A stretch of DNA of 64,000 nt from Chiloscyllium plagiosum (GCF_004010195.1 NC_057718.1:13628553-13692552), one strand, 5' to 3'; positions 39,790-53,203 are shown, numbered from the stretch's first letter. The notes: generated by a model from the letters alone, not told the origin. Program-made: numbers and translations.

Positions 39790-40927
39790 ACGACAAGGTT
39801 CCCCATGGGAGACTGATTAGCAAGGTTAGATCTCATGGAATACAGGGAGAACTAGCCATTTGGATACAGAACTGGCTCAAAGGTAGAAGACAGAGGGTGG
39901 TGGTGGAAGGTTGTTTTTCAGACTAGGGGCTTGTGACCAGTGGAGTGCCACAAGGATTGGTGCTGGGTCCTCTACTTTTTGTCATTTACATAAATGATTT
40001 GGATGCAAGCATAAGAAGGTACAGTTAGTAAGTTTGCAGATGACACCAAAATTGGAGGTATAGTGGACAGCAAAGAGGGTTACCTCCAATTTACAACAGG
40101 ATCTTGACCAGATAGGCCAATGGGCTGAGAAGTGGCAAGTGGAGTTTAATTCAGATAAATGGGAGGTGTTGCATTTTGGGAAAGCAAATCTTAGCAGGGC
40201 TTTATACACTTAATGGTAAGGTCCGAGAGAGTATTGCTGACCAAAGAGACCTTGGAGTACAGGTTCATAGCTCCTTTGAAAGTGGAGTCGTGGGTAGATA
40301 AGATAGTGAAGGAGGTGTTTGGTATGCTTTCCTTTATTGGTCAGAGTATTGAGTACAGGAGTTGGAAGGTCATGTTGTGGCTGTACAGGACATTGGTTAG
40401 GCCACTTTTGGAATATTGTGTGCAATTCTGGTCGTCTCCCTATCTGAAGGATGTTGTGAAACTTGAAAGGGTTCAGAAAAGCTTTACAAGGATGTTGCCA
40501 GGGTTGGAGGATTTGAGCTATAGGGAGAGGCTAAACAGGCTGGGGTTGTTTTCCCTGGAGCGTCGGAGGCTGAGGGGGTAACCTTATAGAAGTTTATAAA
40601 ATTGAGGGGCATGGATAGGGTAAATAGGCAGAGTCCAGAACTAGAGGGCATAGGGTTAGGGTGAGAGGGGAAAGATATAAAAGAGACCTAAGGGACAACT
40701 TTTTCACAGGGTGGTACGTGTATGGAATGAGCTGCCAGAGGAAGTGGTGGAGGCTAGTACAACTGCAACATTTAAGAGGCGTTTGGATGGGTATATGAAT
40801 AGAAAGGGTTTGAGGGATATGGGCCGGGTGCTGACAGGTGGGACTAGATTGGGTTGGGATAGCTGGTCAGCATGGTCAGGTTGGACCGAAGGGTCTGTTT
40901 TCATGCTGTACATTCTATGACTCTATA
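39790..40927 (+). mobile_element. CR1/HER1-type LINE 3' fragment
   Basis: DKVPHGRL, SGVPQG, KFADDTK and LVRPLLEYCVQFW motifs, tail ttctatgactctat. Confidence 0.9.
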
Positions 40928-41202
40928 CATGGAGGTGAACTTTCTGCAGGACTCATGTTTTCTCCAGCCTTGGAACGAGAATATTTCAGTGACAGACCGT
41001 AGAATAAATACACAAGGCCATGGTAAAGAACCTGATAATTGCTTCTACTTAAATTATTGATAATGATTTTTTAAAAATAGCTAAAGTAGTTAGTTTAGTT
41101 GTCCAAATAAATGTTTATGAATGCTCTGTCTGTGAAGAAGTGATAACCACGTAGAGTCAGAATTCTTGAAACTTGAACTCATCTTTTCTCTCCCCATTAC
41201 AG

Positions 41203-41259
41203 ATTAATACAAGTAGTTCTATTCTAAAGACTGGATTTGATTTCCTGGATAACTGGTAA
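41203..41259 (+). CDS. C1orf198: C1orf198 homologue, last coding exon (INTSSSILKTGFDFLDNW*)
   Basis: Polypyrimidine tract plus cag acceptor. Ends with the characteristic LKTGFDFLDNW C-terminus and TAA at 41257-41259. Confidence 0.93.
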   Translation: MNTSSSILKTGFDFLDNW

Positions 41260-42804
41260 TTGCTTCTACTTCCATCACAACTTCTCTCAAGCCAAACAAA
41301 CCCTACCATTTTGGCTCATGATTATGAAAGTGATACTTCCATTTTAAATTCGGTAGTTGAAGTGGATGGAAATGAAAATACTGCTCCGAGCCCTCAACAG
41401 TCAACCATTTAAAATAACAGATTTGTACATTGTTGCACTTAGGAGTATGTATGAAATGTGTGCATTTGCTTATGTATAAAATAATCATTCAATGCATGCG
41501 ACACACTAGAATTGCTCATCTTTTAAAAATGCTTCATCATGAAATTCAAATGTACATTGACCCAGGATTCCCACTAGGAACCATTTTTTTATGGACCCCT
41601 TCTGGAAATTATATCACAAGAACATGTGGTGAGGATGGGTTGTCTTAATCAACATTTGAAGACCAACAACTTTAATTGTCAGAAGGAAATTAAACATATG
41701 ATTGTCGACTCCAATATGCAAGCCCAGAAGCTAAAGCAAGTATGTAGCAGTACCAAGTTTTCTTCCAAAGGTTGTTCCAGATAAGTTTTTAATACTTCAA
41801 CTATTAAGTGTACATGTATACCTTATAAATGAAAAAAAAATCCAAATAACCCTTTAAGGATTCCAAAGTATGTATATTTATGTATCCATGGTGCTTAGAA
41901 GTGAATTAGTGGCAAGATTCCTACACAAGGAATGACTACCAAAGGTAGGCAATAACTACATTTGTGAAATTTGCTATAGAAAAGTAGTAACATAGCCCTA
42001 CTTTTAATTACATATTTTACAAAGGTAATCTTGGCTCATTCAGCTGAATGCCATAAATTGTTCTGTTATTCAATGTTAATTGGATATTAATTCATTCAAG
42101 TTGAAAATTGATTCAAATGGAGCCATTGTTTAAATGCCCATATTGATAAAGTAACATTTGATTTTTTTCTGAAATTAATACATAAGTATGCTAAATGCAT
42201 TTATAGAGGAACCTCTTATCAGGGTCATGGACAAGGAGTACTTTATTCAGTTAATCGAATGCCTTATAACATCATTTTAGCCAAGCAACAGGACCTTGTG
42301 ATCTTGCCGGATAATCCAGTAGTCAGATTTAAGATTCCTCTAGCATGGATATACAAAGTAAAATCCTTCAGAACATCTTGCTCACTTTCTGCATTTATTT
42401 GCTAAACTTGTACAATGCTGTAGTGCACAGCAAAGTTGGAAGCAGCCAGCCATTTCCTTTTTGAGTATAATAACTAATACCTAATTAGAAGTAGTGATTT
42501 AAAGAATTTAAAATAACATTGGCTATTGTGTAACTTTCCTACTTCATCTGTATGGTTTATTAATTGAGTTGTAAAAGCTGTAGACTAGATATGTCATGTT
42601 AGTTGCTATTCCTTTAAGCATGTCTGTCCAAACAAATGTGCCAGTTTATATTGTAATTATCAGCTGTCTTTACAAAATGCAGTTTAGTAAAAATGTATGT
42701 TGCAGATAAGTTGAAATAATTCCCAGTTTTTGTGATTTATACAAATGAATTTTACTCATTTACTTTAACACACATCAATATGATCCTGTAGTTCCCTGCT
42801 ACAT

Positions 42805-43330
42805 GCGTCATCGTTAGCCATCCCTCACCCAAGGATGACTCTTCCACTGTCAGGGTGAATCTATATCTGGCAGTGCAGACTGACATGATGATGTCTGCAG
42901 GCTCTGTAATGCTTGGGGTAGAAGACGGTCATAGGAAGGAGTGGGTGAGGTGTTGGTGTGGTGGCGTCCAGCTTACACTTCTTTTTTTTTGCCTGGCTTA
43001 TGCTTTCTCCTGACAGCAAGTCTATGTTGGATGCCAATGCTCCATTTTGGATGGTCTTGGGTTAGTGATTTCCCAGGTGTCTGTGGGAATATTCTACTTC
43101 AGTGATCCTCTAGGGTATCCCTGAAATGCTGCTTCTGTCCAGCTAGGGCTCACCTACCATTTTGAAGCTCAAGGTAGAGCACCTGCTTGGGCAGTCTCAC
43201 GTTGATCATGGGCACAATGTGTCCAGCCTATTGTGCTGTGCAACTTTATCAAAATTGGGTGGGAACAGCTCATGGATCCCTCTTCCCAAGACCATATCAA
43301 CTGTATGGAAAAGCATCAATGCACCAGTGA
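42805..43330 (-). mobile_element. Old RTE-clade LINE 3' fragment within the probable C1orf198 3' UTR
   Basis: Minus strand gives a degenerate GQKQHFRDTL, resembling the RTE GGQ.KRFKD.LK C-terminal motif, with a CAT-type tail remnant at the left end. Confidence 0.5.
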
Positions 43331-43541
43331 CAATTTGCCTCTTTCCCCTTTTATTAGTATATTTACTCTGTTACAAATGTCATACATTTTTAGACTGAAG
43401 TAAAATGAATCAGATTGATATGCAGGCCTCAAGGCCTTTCCATTTCAATCAATGAGTCTGTCTAGTTATTCAATCTAAACACAACTTAGTTGAATTAGAT
43501 CCTTAATTATTCTATACTTAAGTCAACAAACCTTAAAGTAC

Positions 43542-43547
43542 AATAAA
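43542..43547 (+). terminator. Candidate polyadenylation signal of C1orf198
   Basis: AATAAA about 2.3 kb after the stop codon, following an AT-rich UTR-like stretch. Usage cannot be shown without transcripts. Confidence 0.35.
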
Positions 43548-45642
43548 ATGCAGTTGGCCTAATGACTCAGTTTGCCCAGGTGGGCTTTCCTTGGAAATGC
43601 TCAGTGAGATAGGTGCTTGTACTGGTGGTTACTGTTTTTTTAAAAAGTCAGATTTTTTAAAAATGCCAAATGGCACATGCAAACTCTGCATCTTATTGTG
43701 ATGGAACTCTTGAACTACTTTCCCTTTGGCAGTTTCAGCTTGGTAGTATCTCTGCAGACTTGAAGCCTAAAGAATTTGCTCTCAAAGTTCCATTTTATTC
43801 TTAAACTTACCCAGTGGATTATTGATTAAACTATAAGGAATACTTAGGGCTCTACTTTATCTTGAAGTCAGAAATTCAATATAGTACACTAATATGCATG
43901 ACACCAAACCATTAGAGCCAATACCACCTTCTCTCTAACTGAAAACCAGGTAAGAAAAGATTGTGAAGAACTTTTGAGTCTATACTCAGCCTGCATTCCT
44001 CTATCATAAGGATTCTGTCCTATTCCTGAATGTGCCTGGGTGGAGACTGTAGAGTATTTTACCACATCCCCCAGAAAGAATAAGGAATCACTAGCTAGGG
44101 CAGGATACATAACTTGTCCTTAACTGCTCTGACACTAACTTTTGCCTCGCAAGCCATTTTATCATATTGTAGTCCTCACTTTCACCTACATGACTCTGGA
44201 CCTATCTATGCTGTAAATTAGAGTAGAGAGTGTGGTGCTGAAAGTGCAGCATTCAAGGAGCAGGACCGTTGATAGTTTGGGCAAAAGCCTTTCATCAGGA
44301 ATGAAAATCTGGTGTGCTTTTCTAGCACCACCCTCTCAACCCAAAGTCATTGTAGACCATACCAAAGATAAATTTCCTTCCCTGAAGGACATAAGTAATG
44401 ATGATGATTTAATGGTTGCTTTCACAGTAGGATTTGCCTCTGGATTGCTACTCCAGTGACACTACCAATACACCAACACTTCCCATTAAGTTTCATGCAG
44501 AACACAACAGTGCAGCCCATGCTGTCCATTTCTTACTCATCTTAAGTATCAATATAAACTTTGATTTCCTTCATGTAGTTTTCAGGCTCAGCCAGACAAA
44601 CATTATTATTCATTTCTGTAAAGAATGAATTCTTTGACCATCCTAAAGTGTGTTTTCACCCAGAAGTAGAAATATGGTCTAAAATTGAAGATTTTGGTAG
44701 AGTACAGTTTCTGCCAAGTCACGCCTCAGCCTTTTCAAGAGGAAAAGATCAGTTTGTTCTTTTCCTGATAGACTGCAACTGAGATTCTAAATCTTTTCAG
44801 CATCCACTCTAGATTGTACAGGGAAATATTTATCTTGACATAATACTAGGTAACCAAGAATTTGAACATTAAATCCCTGCAAAACAGTGAAGGCAAAAAC
44901 TGTCGTATGCAATAGTGGAGAATGGGGATTTAGAATGAGTTGCTAAATAACTCAGATGATTTGTCTTCTCTATATGGGGTCAGTAATCATGCTGATTTGC
45001 TGAGGCTGACAGGCAAGACAGGAAAAACAAATAATAAATTACTTTAAAATGTGTGTATTAAGACTTCATAAGCATGCTAGGGTCGTAGAATCATGCTCCT
45101 CGCTACTGAGCAGTAGGAGTACCTCGTCAGACAGGGAGATCTCCATTAAAGATGTTAAAAAAACTTGCAACATTTATAAAATACAAGCTAAGTAAACAAA
45201 CATTTTTTTGCAAGCTGTTAACAGGCCAATTGCAGTCAATGTTATATCTTACTGAGCAAGTTCTTGTTTCTTCCCTCTTGGTGTAAGCAGTATTTACCTT
45301 AACAGTTAACTGTATTTGATAAATGTGCAACTTACTAGCTTTGTTTCAGAAAATGTAATAGTTAACTCAAGATTGATCAGCATCTTTAATTAGACAAAAT
45401 GGATTTTGTTTACAAAACATGATAATATGAACTTTAATTTTAAAGTAAACAAACACATACAAAATGCCACCAAAAGTTCTACCATAATGTAGAAGAAAAA
45501 TATTTGAATTAGAAGTTTCTGCAAAACATTAAGAAAATATAGTGCAAATTTAAAACAATCACTGAAAAGAACAAAAGCAAAAATCGAGTCAATGCAAGGT
45601 TAGGTTTCTAGAAGATGGTTGGCCCACATTAAACAAGTTCAC

Positions 45643-45648
45643 TTTATT
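45643..45648 (-). terminator. Candidate polyadenylation signal of TTC13
   Basis: AATAAA on - about 1.1 kb after the stop codon. An ATTAAA alternative lies at 45385-45390. Usage unknown. Confidence 0.3.
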
Positions 45649-46743
45649 CTGAGGGATAAAGTAGTTTTCCTTTAAACAAATAATTTGAAAAACTGTAGAG
45701 GCAATCTTTTAGTTTGACAAGTTCATAATGGTAGAAATTTAGAATTTGATAATTATTTAGCTGTAAACTTTCCATGTGACTGATGATATTGCACTTACCA
45801 AAGTGAACGTTTCCAGTTCCTGTGTTCACAAAATAGTGAAAGCTTAATTCTGCAAGTGGAATGTATTAAAACCCACTCATCTGCGTAACTTTTCAAATAT
45901 CAAAGTCTAAAAGAGGCAAAAGAAATTATAGCACCAGAGCTAGGTACATGTGTGACACATCACTTCCTGTATGTCTCACAAACAGGGATTTGGATTCAGC
46001 TTTTGTGACCCAAAAGGATTTGTTTTCAGATTTAAGGAGCTGACTAAATCTCTTTCACATTAGCATGCTACAAAGCAGTATAAAGAATCTTTGATATTTT
46101 GAGAGGGACACAACAGCTATAGCTGAAATACTATTTGTCAAACTGCTTATGTTTGAGAACTACTGGAGTGATTAAATTTAAAGTAATCCAACTCCCAGAT
46201 CTAACAACTGCATAATGTTCCTATCATTCATGATGACCTGCTGCAGAAAACCAACAAATAAAAACAGCAAACCAAACTAGAAGAAAAGCTCTGACCGAAA
46301 TGCAGCAGCTTCTGAAATTGTAGGTGTTACTGGAAACATTATATATGGAAAAGCAAATCTGAAGAATGGAAAACCCAACATTTGAAGTCCTGCAGCACTA
46401 ATGCAGGAATTGATTAACCTGATCTAAAAGAAGATTGCTATCAGCACTTTGCTCACGGATAAAATTAATTGTATATTGTAGAGTCAGGTAGTAGTCTGTT
46501 TACAAATTATCAACCCGTTCTTTAAATACAGTACCTCAATATTCTGTTAAGAAATAAGCAATACCCATTCATGTCATGTAGAAATTCAATGAAGAGGCAA
46601 AAGTTATTTTCTTCCAAATATTAAATTAAGCATTATCAAAAAGTACCAAAAACCAAAAGGAACTCATTCCTTTAAATTTCTTTATAAAAATAACTTAATA
46701 TGAAGTAAAGAAAATCACTACTTTCTTCAGTCTACAGGTGCTC

Positions 46744-46858
46744 CTATGAATGTTTGGGGCAATGAGAAGATGAGTCTGTATTAAGTACTTCAATCATTGT
46801 TCTTTTTGTTGGAAAAATCTCCAATACAGCTGGAAGACTGGAGTATGATGCTGGTAGG
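46744..46858 (-). CDS. TTC13: TTC13 last coding exon (LPASYSSLPAVLEIFPTKRTMIEVLNTDSSSHCPKHS*)
   Basis: tag acceptor at 46859-46861, conserved FPT.R.MIEVLNTDSS motif, TAG stop at 46744-46746. Confidence 0.9.
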
Positions 46859-47260
46859 CTAAAGGGATGAGATAAATAAATATAACCATAAGTCAGTTCA
46901 TTAACTTGAATAATTTAAGGTGTTCTTTTTTTAAAAAAAGAAGAAACCGTACCAGTCAATCACAAACTTAAAGACTTGAAGGGATATGCCAACTGGTTTG
47001 GCCATCCATTATCAGTTATGACTAAAGCATCACTGAGTTTTGCCATCATTTGCTAAAACTGATTATTCTAGGATCATCCTGAATGCAAAGATAGCCCCAG
47101 CTTCTCCCATCTATACTCTCCTCACTCCATCAACAAGGGTGTGAGGAGCTCATGGATTTATTTGGCACTCCGATTTGATTTATTGTCATATGCTCTAAAA
47201 TACAGTGAAAAGTATTGTTTTGCATGCTAACCAGGCAGACCATCTCTTACATAAATACAC

Positions 47261-47492
47261 TGTTGTGGTTCTGTTCACCGAGCTGGGAATTTGTGTTGCA
47301 GACTTTTCGTCCCCTGTCTAGGTGACATTCTCAGTGCTTGGGAGCCTCCTGTGAAGCGCTTCACAGGAGGCTCCCAAGCACTGAGAATGTCACCTAGACA
47401 GGGGACGAAACGTCTACAACACAAATTCCCAGCTCGGCGAACAGAACCACAACAACGAGCACCCGAGCTACAAATCTTTTCACAAACTTTGA
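47261..47492. mobile_element. Spacer-less palindromic PLE terminus (97-bp arms plus 38-nt tail) in the last intron of TTC13
   Basis: TSD ATAAATACAC at 47251-47260 and 47493-47502. Axis between 47357 and 47358 in GAAGC|GCTTC. Confidence 0.93.
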
Positions 47493-49037
47493 ATAAATAC
47501 ACTAGGGTAATAGAGAGACTAACTAATCGGTTGTCTCTTCCACTAGCCTGCCAGGCCAAACTTCCTCAAACACAATCCGTCAGGCTTGGTCCTGAACAGA
47601 CACTTCCTTCCACTTTCTCACCCATCTATCCTCAAGCCTTCTCCAAATACACAGTTCCACAAGCCCAATTTCCAACACACTCAAGCTATTCACATTGATC
47701 CACTCACTCAGCATTTCCAACATTTGCTCTGTTTTGTCTTTATTGTAGCTTTTCACAGTTTCCCAATCTATCCTCACCAATTTACGCTCATAGCAGCATA
47801 GTTTCTTTTGTTTAAATTTGCAAGAGTAGTTTCTGATTAAGCTTGCAAGTGAAGTAGTTCAATATAAATGCTGACATTTTGTGGTAATTCTTTCCTAAAG
47901 ACTCCATTTCAATATTAATTTTCTTGGTTTATATTATCACTACTGTTTGGTGACCTATGAAGAACTCCCAGAGACATTTACACATTTCTTAGTTCCACCC
48001 AATACACACCTACAATTTTAGAATCAAGGCCACCTCTCAGAAAAATACTAATACTCTCAGCTTTGGCTTTCTTGAAGCCACATATTTCCAATGGCTGTCA
48101 TGTCAGACATATAAACTTCTATTTGAGGTGGAAATTCATCTGATTTATTGTCTGAATGTCTACAGCATGTGCAGAGTTCTTAATGCAGTCTTTATGTTTA
48201 ATCACTGTCTCTTAACATACTCTTGCTAAACTATGCCACACTCCTATTGCTAAATTGATCTACAGCCTTGCTAATTCCCTACCATTTATTCAATCACGGC
48301 CTGCAATATACCTTTCATCCGCTTTAGCTTAAAACTCTCTCTACTTATGTAATTATATAACTCACTAGAACACCAATCCCAGCTCAGTTCAAGTGAAATC
48401 TACCCCAACAGTAAAGCCCCTACTTTCTCCAGTACGGGTGCCAATGCCCCATAGATCAAAACTCTTCTTCCATAGCAATCTTTGAGCCATGTATTCATTT
48501 CTTTAATCTTTAGTCTATTCAAATTTGCACATGGCTGAAAATATATTCCATAAATTATTACCTTTAAAGCTCTGCTTTTTAATTTTTTTCTAAGCTCCTC
48601 ACTGCCTGTTCACACACATTTCCTAATCTTATCCATATCAGTGGTACCTACATAAACAACAATTGGATCCTTTTCCTCCCACTGTCAGTTCCTCTCCAGT
48701 TCTGAGCAGTTATCCTGAACTCTGGCACTGCGCAGGCAAAACAGCCTTCTGGATCCAGCTTGTGGCTGCACAGAATGATGTCCGTCACTCTTGCTACATT
48801 GATCCCTGACACCATTACATTTCCTCTAACTCCTCACAATTGATTATCTTACTATATCAAGATGCCACGATCAGTAACACTATGGCCCATGCTCTCCTCC
48901 AGACAAGCTGTAGGGACTTGAAATCTATTGCAAGGGGGCTGAGGCTCTCCCATTCTCATCCTCTCACCTCCCCGACTAATGACCAAATTTGCCTGTAATT
49001 GAACATTGACTGAATCAGATGCTATTAAGTTTTTGTT

Positions 49038-49077
49038 GCAAACGTTTCGTCCCCTGGCTAGGCGACATCATCAGTGC
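49038..49077 (-). ncRNA. Minimal hammerhead ribozyme motif, sense to the TTC13 pre-mRNA
   Basis: Minus strand GCA-CTGATGA-T-GTCGCCT(AGCC)AGGGGAC-GAAAC-GTT-TGC. Confidence 0.7.
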
Positions 49078-49591
49078 TTGGGAGCCTCCTGCGAAGCGCT
49101 TCTTTGATGTTTCCTCCGGTGTTTATAGTGGTCTGTCCCTGCCGCTTCCGGTTGTCAGTTTCAGCTGTCCGCTGTAGTGGTTGGTATATTGGGTCCAGGT
49201 CGATGTGTTTGTTGATGGAGTTTGTGGATGAATGCCATGCCTCTAGGAATTCTCTGGCTGTTCTCTGTCTGGCTTGCCCTATGATAGTAGTGTTGTCCCA
49301 GTCGAATTCATGTTGCTTGTTGTCTGCGTTGTCTCACACACGCAGACAACAAGCAACATGAATTCGACTGGGACAACACTACTATCATCGGGCAAGCCAG
49401 ACAGAGAACAGCCAGGGAATTCCTAGAGGCATGGCATTCATCCACAAACTCCATCAACAAACACATCGACCTGGACCCAATATACCAACCACTACAGCGG
49501 ACAGCTAAAACTGACAACCGGAAGCGGCAGGGACAGACCACTATAAACACCGGAGGAAACATCAAAGAAGCGCTTCGCAGGAGGCTCCCAA

Positions 49592-49631
49592 GCACTGATG
49601 ATGTCGCCTAGCCAGGGGATGAAACGTTTGC
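49592..49631 (+). ncRNA. Minimal hammerhead ribozyme motif
   Basis: GCA-CTGATGA-T-GTCGCCT(AGCC)AGGGGAT-GAAAC-GTT-TGC. The basal stem II pair is G-U. Confidence 0.6.
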
Positions 49632-50460
49632 AACAAAAACTTCCAGCTCGGCGAACAGAACCACAACAACGAGCATCCGAGCTACAAATCTTCGCACAAA
49701 CTTTGAGATGCTATTAACTTAAGGTGTGTGACTGACTTCTAGAACAAAGTCTACATAACATTCTACCTGCCTGATGCATCAGATTGTTTGTAGCTTCACC
49801 TCCAGGTCAAAAACTGAGCAAAAGCTCTTCAAACTGTAGACAATTGCTACATATGGTTACTATGAACAGTTATGGCATCCAAGAACTCAGAAATGCTGCA
49901 GCTCCACCACCCTGCCTTCTTTATGGTAAGTGAATTAATTTTTTTCAATTAGTTTGTAGTTAACATCCTCACCTAACTACTGGCTTCATAATCTGTGCAT
50001 CCAAACAGCCCAATGAAGCCTTTATATGTAGATATTTTTAATCAACCTTTTCAAAGATGTTATGACACACCTCTGAAACAGGCCTACTGGCACAGGACGT
50101 TGGCCACTACCACTGAACCACAAAAACACCTAGCTTTTATATGTACACTGCTTGCAAATCAATGAGTCAGCTGTGCTGAACAGAGAAACCAGATTAACTA
50201 ATTACAGTTGCTCTTAGAGAGCTTGTATATCCCGAAGTCTGGAAGAAAGTTAACTTATTTTGAATAGTTACTTTATTGCTAAATGAAAACAAAATATTTT
50301 TAGAGAGATTGACCCTTAAAATCACTTCATTTATGTGATTTCTAGCTTCTTACTCAGTGCAGCTGACTTAAGGTACCAAGACCAGATAAATTTTCACCGA
50401 ATTCTACAGCAATTAAAGTCAAGACACAAAGCATTGCCAGTTTGTTCCTAAATGTCTTAC

Positions 50461-50540
50461 CTTTTCAAATTCATCCAGTTTTTTCCTATTTTACTGAAAG
50501 CCTCTGGACTTGGTGTTGTCATAGCTTCAAAATCTACTAA
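50461..50540 (-). CDS. TTC13: TTC13 penultimate coding exon (LVDFEAMTTPSPEAFSKIGKNWMNLK)
   Basis: 80 nt, cag acceptor, AG|gtaaga donor, phase consistent. Confidence 0.92.
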
Positions 50541-53203
50541 CTGAAAATTACAAAACATAACTTTTAAGATAAGTATTTTGATTATCGAACAAAGAATATA
50601 CTACAAAGATGAGATTAATACAAAGGTATCCAAACGGAGGCTAAGGGCTGTTTCCAGCCCTTGAAGCTAAGCATTGCAATCATGAAGTTCTGGTATTGAT
50701 TTTTAGAGTCATAGAGATGTACAGCATGGGAACAGATCCTTTGGTCCAACCCGTCCATGTCGACCAGATATCCCCACTTACTTCTGAATTTCTCACTATC
50801 TGAATTTTGTGAAGTTTGGGAAAGGGCTGTTTAGCATGAATTTTTCACTGGAGGAGGAATCCTCCAACTGATTGCTTAAATTTATCCATACTGGCAGTTG
50901 GAGATAAATGTATAAATGACATGGAATGTAAGTTAATAATTGGTACTCAAAGTATCACGTTATCCACTTAATCAGTGCATGAACTCAAAATATTTCATGA
51001 ACCTACTTCAAAACTTGTCTTTAATTAATTGATTTTGTTTTCCAATTAGGTTATTGCGAACAGAACACTGATCACACTATGAAGTAAAACTAATCACAAG
51101 CTATTTAACGGAGGTAGCAGGGATCTGAATTAATAGTTTTGTAAATTCAGTTCATAATGTCCTGTGTTTTACATGGTTCACTTGCAAAACAACAATACTG
51201 AATTATCAGTCATTTTCAGTGGTTTGACTTTTCAGAAAGTTGATTCCAGTGAGCACTCATTTACTAAAAAAATGAATTATATTTGTTCAGCATATCCCTC
51301 CAGCTGCCTACTATATAATAAAATTGACATTTAAAATAGACTGAATTCAAATCAGAAAAAAAAGTGTCATTTGGCCATAAGAAATATCCATAACTCCCCA
51401 GCAATGAATGAACAACAATGTGGAGGATAGTGCACCTTGAATGAAGAAAAACCTCCCATGGCTCTTCACGAAAGCATAAAAGATTTATAAAAAGCGAAGT
51501 GAAGTTCTCCCAGTGAGTAAATAGATAATCTGCAAAGCCTTGTGTTCTATCTCAAGATCAATCTTCAGTCTGTGTTCAGCAAACTAATCTCAGCTGGGGC
51601 TCTAATTGAATACAACCGAGCATTCCACGGTAAATATTTGAGCAATATGCGAGTAACTTTTCTATTTGTTCAAAGCCCAATGAAGCTTTTCAATTAACCA
51701 GATGGAAGGTATAACATTCAACCTGAAAACTTGCAGTGAAGAACAGATGGCCTAAGAAAAATCAGAGATAACCACCAAATTGCATATGGTTTACTTTATT
51801 ATCTACTGCCATGAACATTTTAAAGAAACCCACATTTTTAAAGTTTTTGTAATATGTGATACTAAACAGTCGAGGATCAGAGGGTGCACATTTAAGACAG
51901 AGATGGACGAGGAATTTCCTGAGGGTAGTGAATCTGTAGAATTCTTTACCACAGAGAACTGTTGAGGCTCGGCCATTAAGGTTGAGATAGACAGATTTTT
52001 GATCAGTAAGGGAATCGAGAGTTTCAAGGAAAAGGCAGAAAGGTGCAATTGAGGATTATGAGATCAGCTGTGACTTCAGTGAATGGCAAAGCTGATACAA
52101 TAGGCTGAATGCTCTACTTTCATTCCTACATCTAAAGACAAACTTAAAGGAGCACTGTTTCGGCATGCATCCATTTTTCTCCCTTTCTGTCACAAGTCAA
52201 ATACCTTAAACAAAAATATATTTAGCACATGACAGACTACATTGGTTAAATTCTTACAACTCCAAAGTCAAGAATGGTGTAATGGTCCATTTTACAATTC
52301 AGAAATGCAGCACTGAGGTGAAGACAGTTAGGCAGAATTACACATTCTGTTTACTTAACATGGACTGACATTTCTCAATCGGACTCCTCTGAATATGTGC
52401 TTCCTTTTCACAGTTCTGCTTTCTCCATTCAAAGCTGGATTAAAAAATCCAATTCCTTGGAGTAAAACCAGTTTTCTCCTCTTTTATATAATAAAGTATC
52501 TCTCAGACTGTCCTTACTGCCTCAGTAATGATTGGGATAATTTTCAGATCCTCCAGCTAAAAATGTTTTGTTGAAGATTTGCTGCCCAATGAGATTGTCA
52601 AGTATGCCACAACTTACGTCCTTTGCCATTTTTTGGGCTTTAGATCAATTTGTCCTGACTTCTTTCCTCTACACAGATTATCCCATCCAATGTTTCCTGA
52701 CCACCTTAAAACCTGCTTATTAACCCCCATTTAACAACCAAAGAAGCTGGCATTCAACTGCAAGTTATATTGATCATTGGCTAGGTCAGGAGTGAATATT
52801 CTCATTGTATCAGAGCACCTTTTGATGGAAGAAGAGAGAGATTTGAAAGGAGAAATAGTACGCAAGAAAAAGCACAAATTGACGTGCTGACTATTCACTG
52901 AAAGATGCTTTGTCAGATCACTGATCACCATTGTGTATTGATGAAAATTAATGATATTAAAGCAGCCACAGATAGTCATTACCACTTCAGCCACAAATCA
53001 ATTTTCAGATTCTGACATTAAAGTGAAGCATTTCATTAACTAAAGATCTTTCTTACTGATAGATATATTTTTAATGACATCCTGAAGATAACTTATTTCA
53101 AAGTGTGCATAATATATATTTTGATTCATCCATACCCTTTCTACCCTCACAGCTGGAAAAGGTAATGTTCAGAAGAGACACATCACAATGCTCTCAAACT
53201 TAC

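Larger units (their letters stand above)
49029..49706. mobile_element. Palindromic Poseidon-type PLE insertion (about 300-bp arms) in the last intron of TTC13
   Basis: Direct repeat AGATGCTATTAA at 49017-49028 and 49706-49717. Spacer 49330-49339. Hammerheads on both arms. Confidence 0.93.
47600..49910 (-). mobile_element. Old CR1 LINE 5' part (ORF1 esterase and start of ORF2), interrupted by a PLE palindrome
   Basis: Minus strand CLRSARVQD (about 48712-48738) and VVYVGTTD (about 48637-48660) resemble CR1 ORF1 SGNH-esterase motifs CLPGARVxD and VHVGTND. Boundaries approximate. Confidence 0.5.

Noticed and set aside
47261..47492. Palindromes as MITEs, DNA transposons or pre-miRNAs
   Set aside because: The arms are PLE 3' sequence contiguous with RT/GIY-YIG coding DNA elsewhere, the ends are asymmetric (tail), and TSD lengths vary.
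34142..49595. Four near-identical ORFs beginning MLGSLLRS(A/T)SLMFPP
   Set aside because: Antisense frames of the PLE GIY-YIG region, repeated because of the palindromes. Not a gene family.
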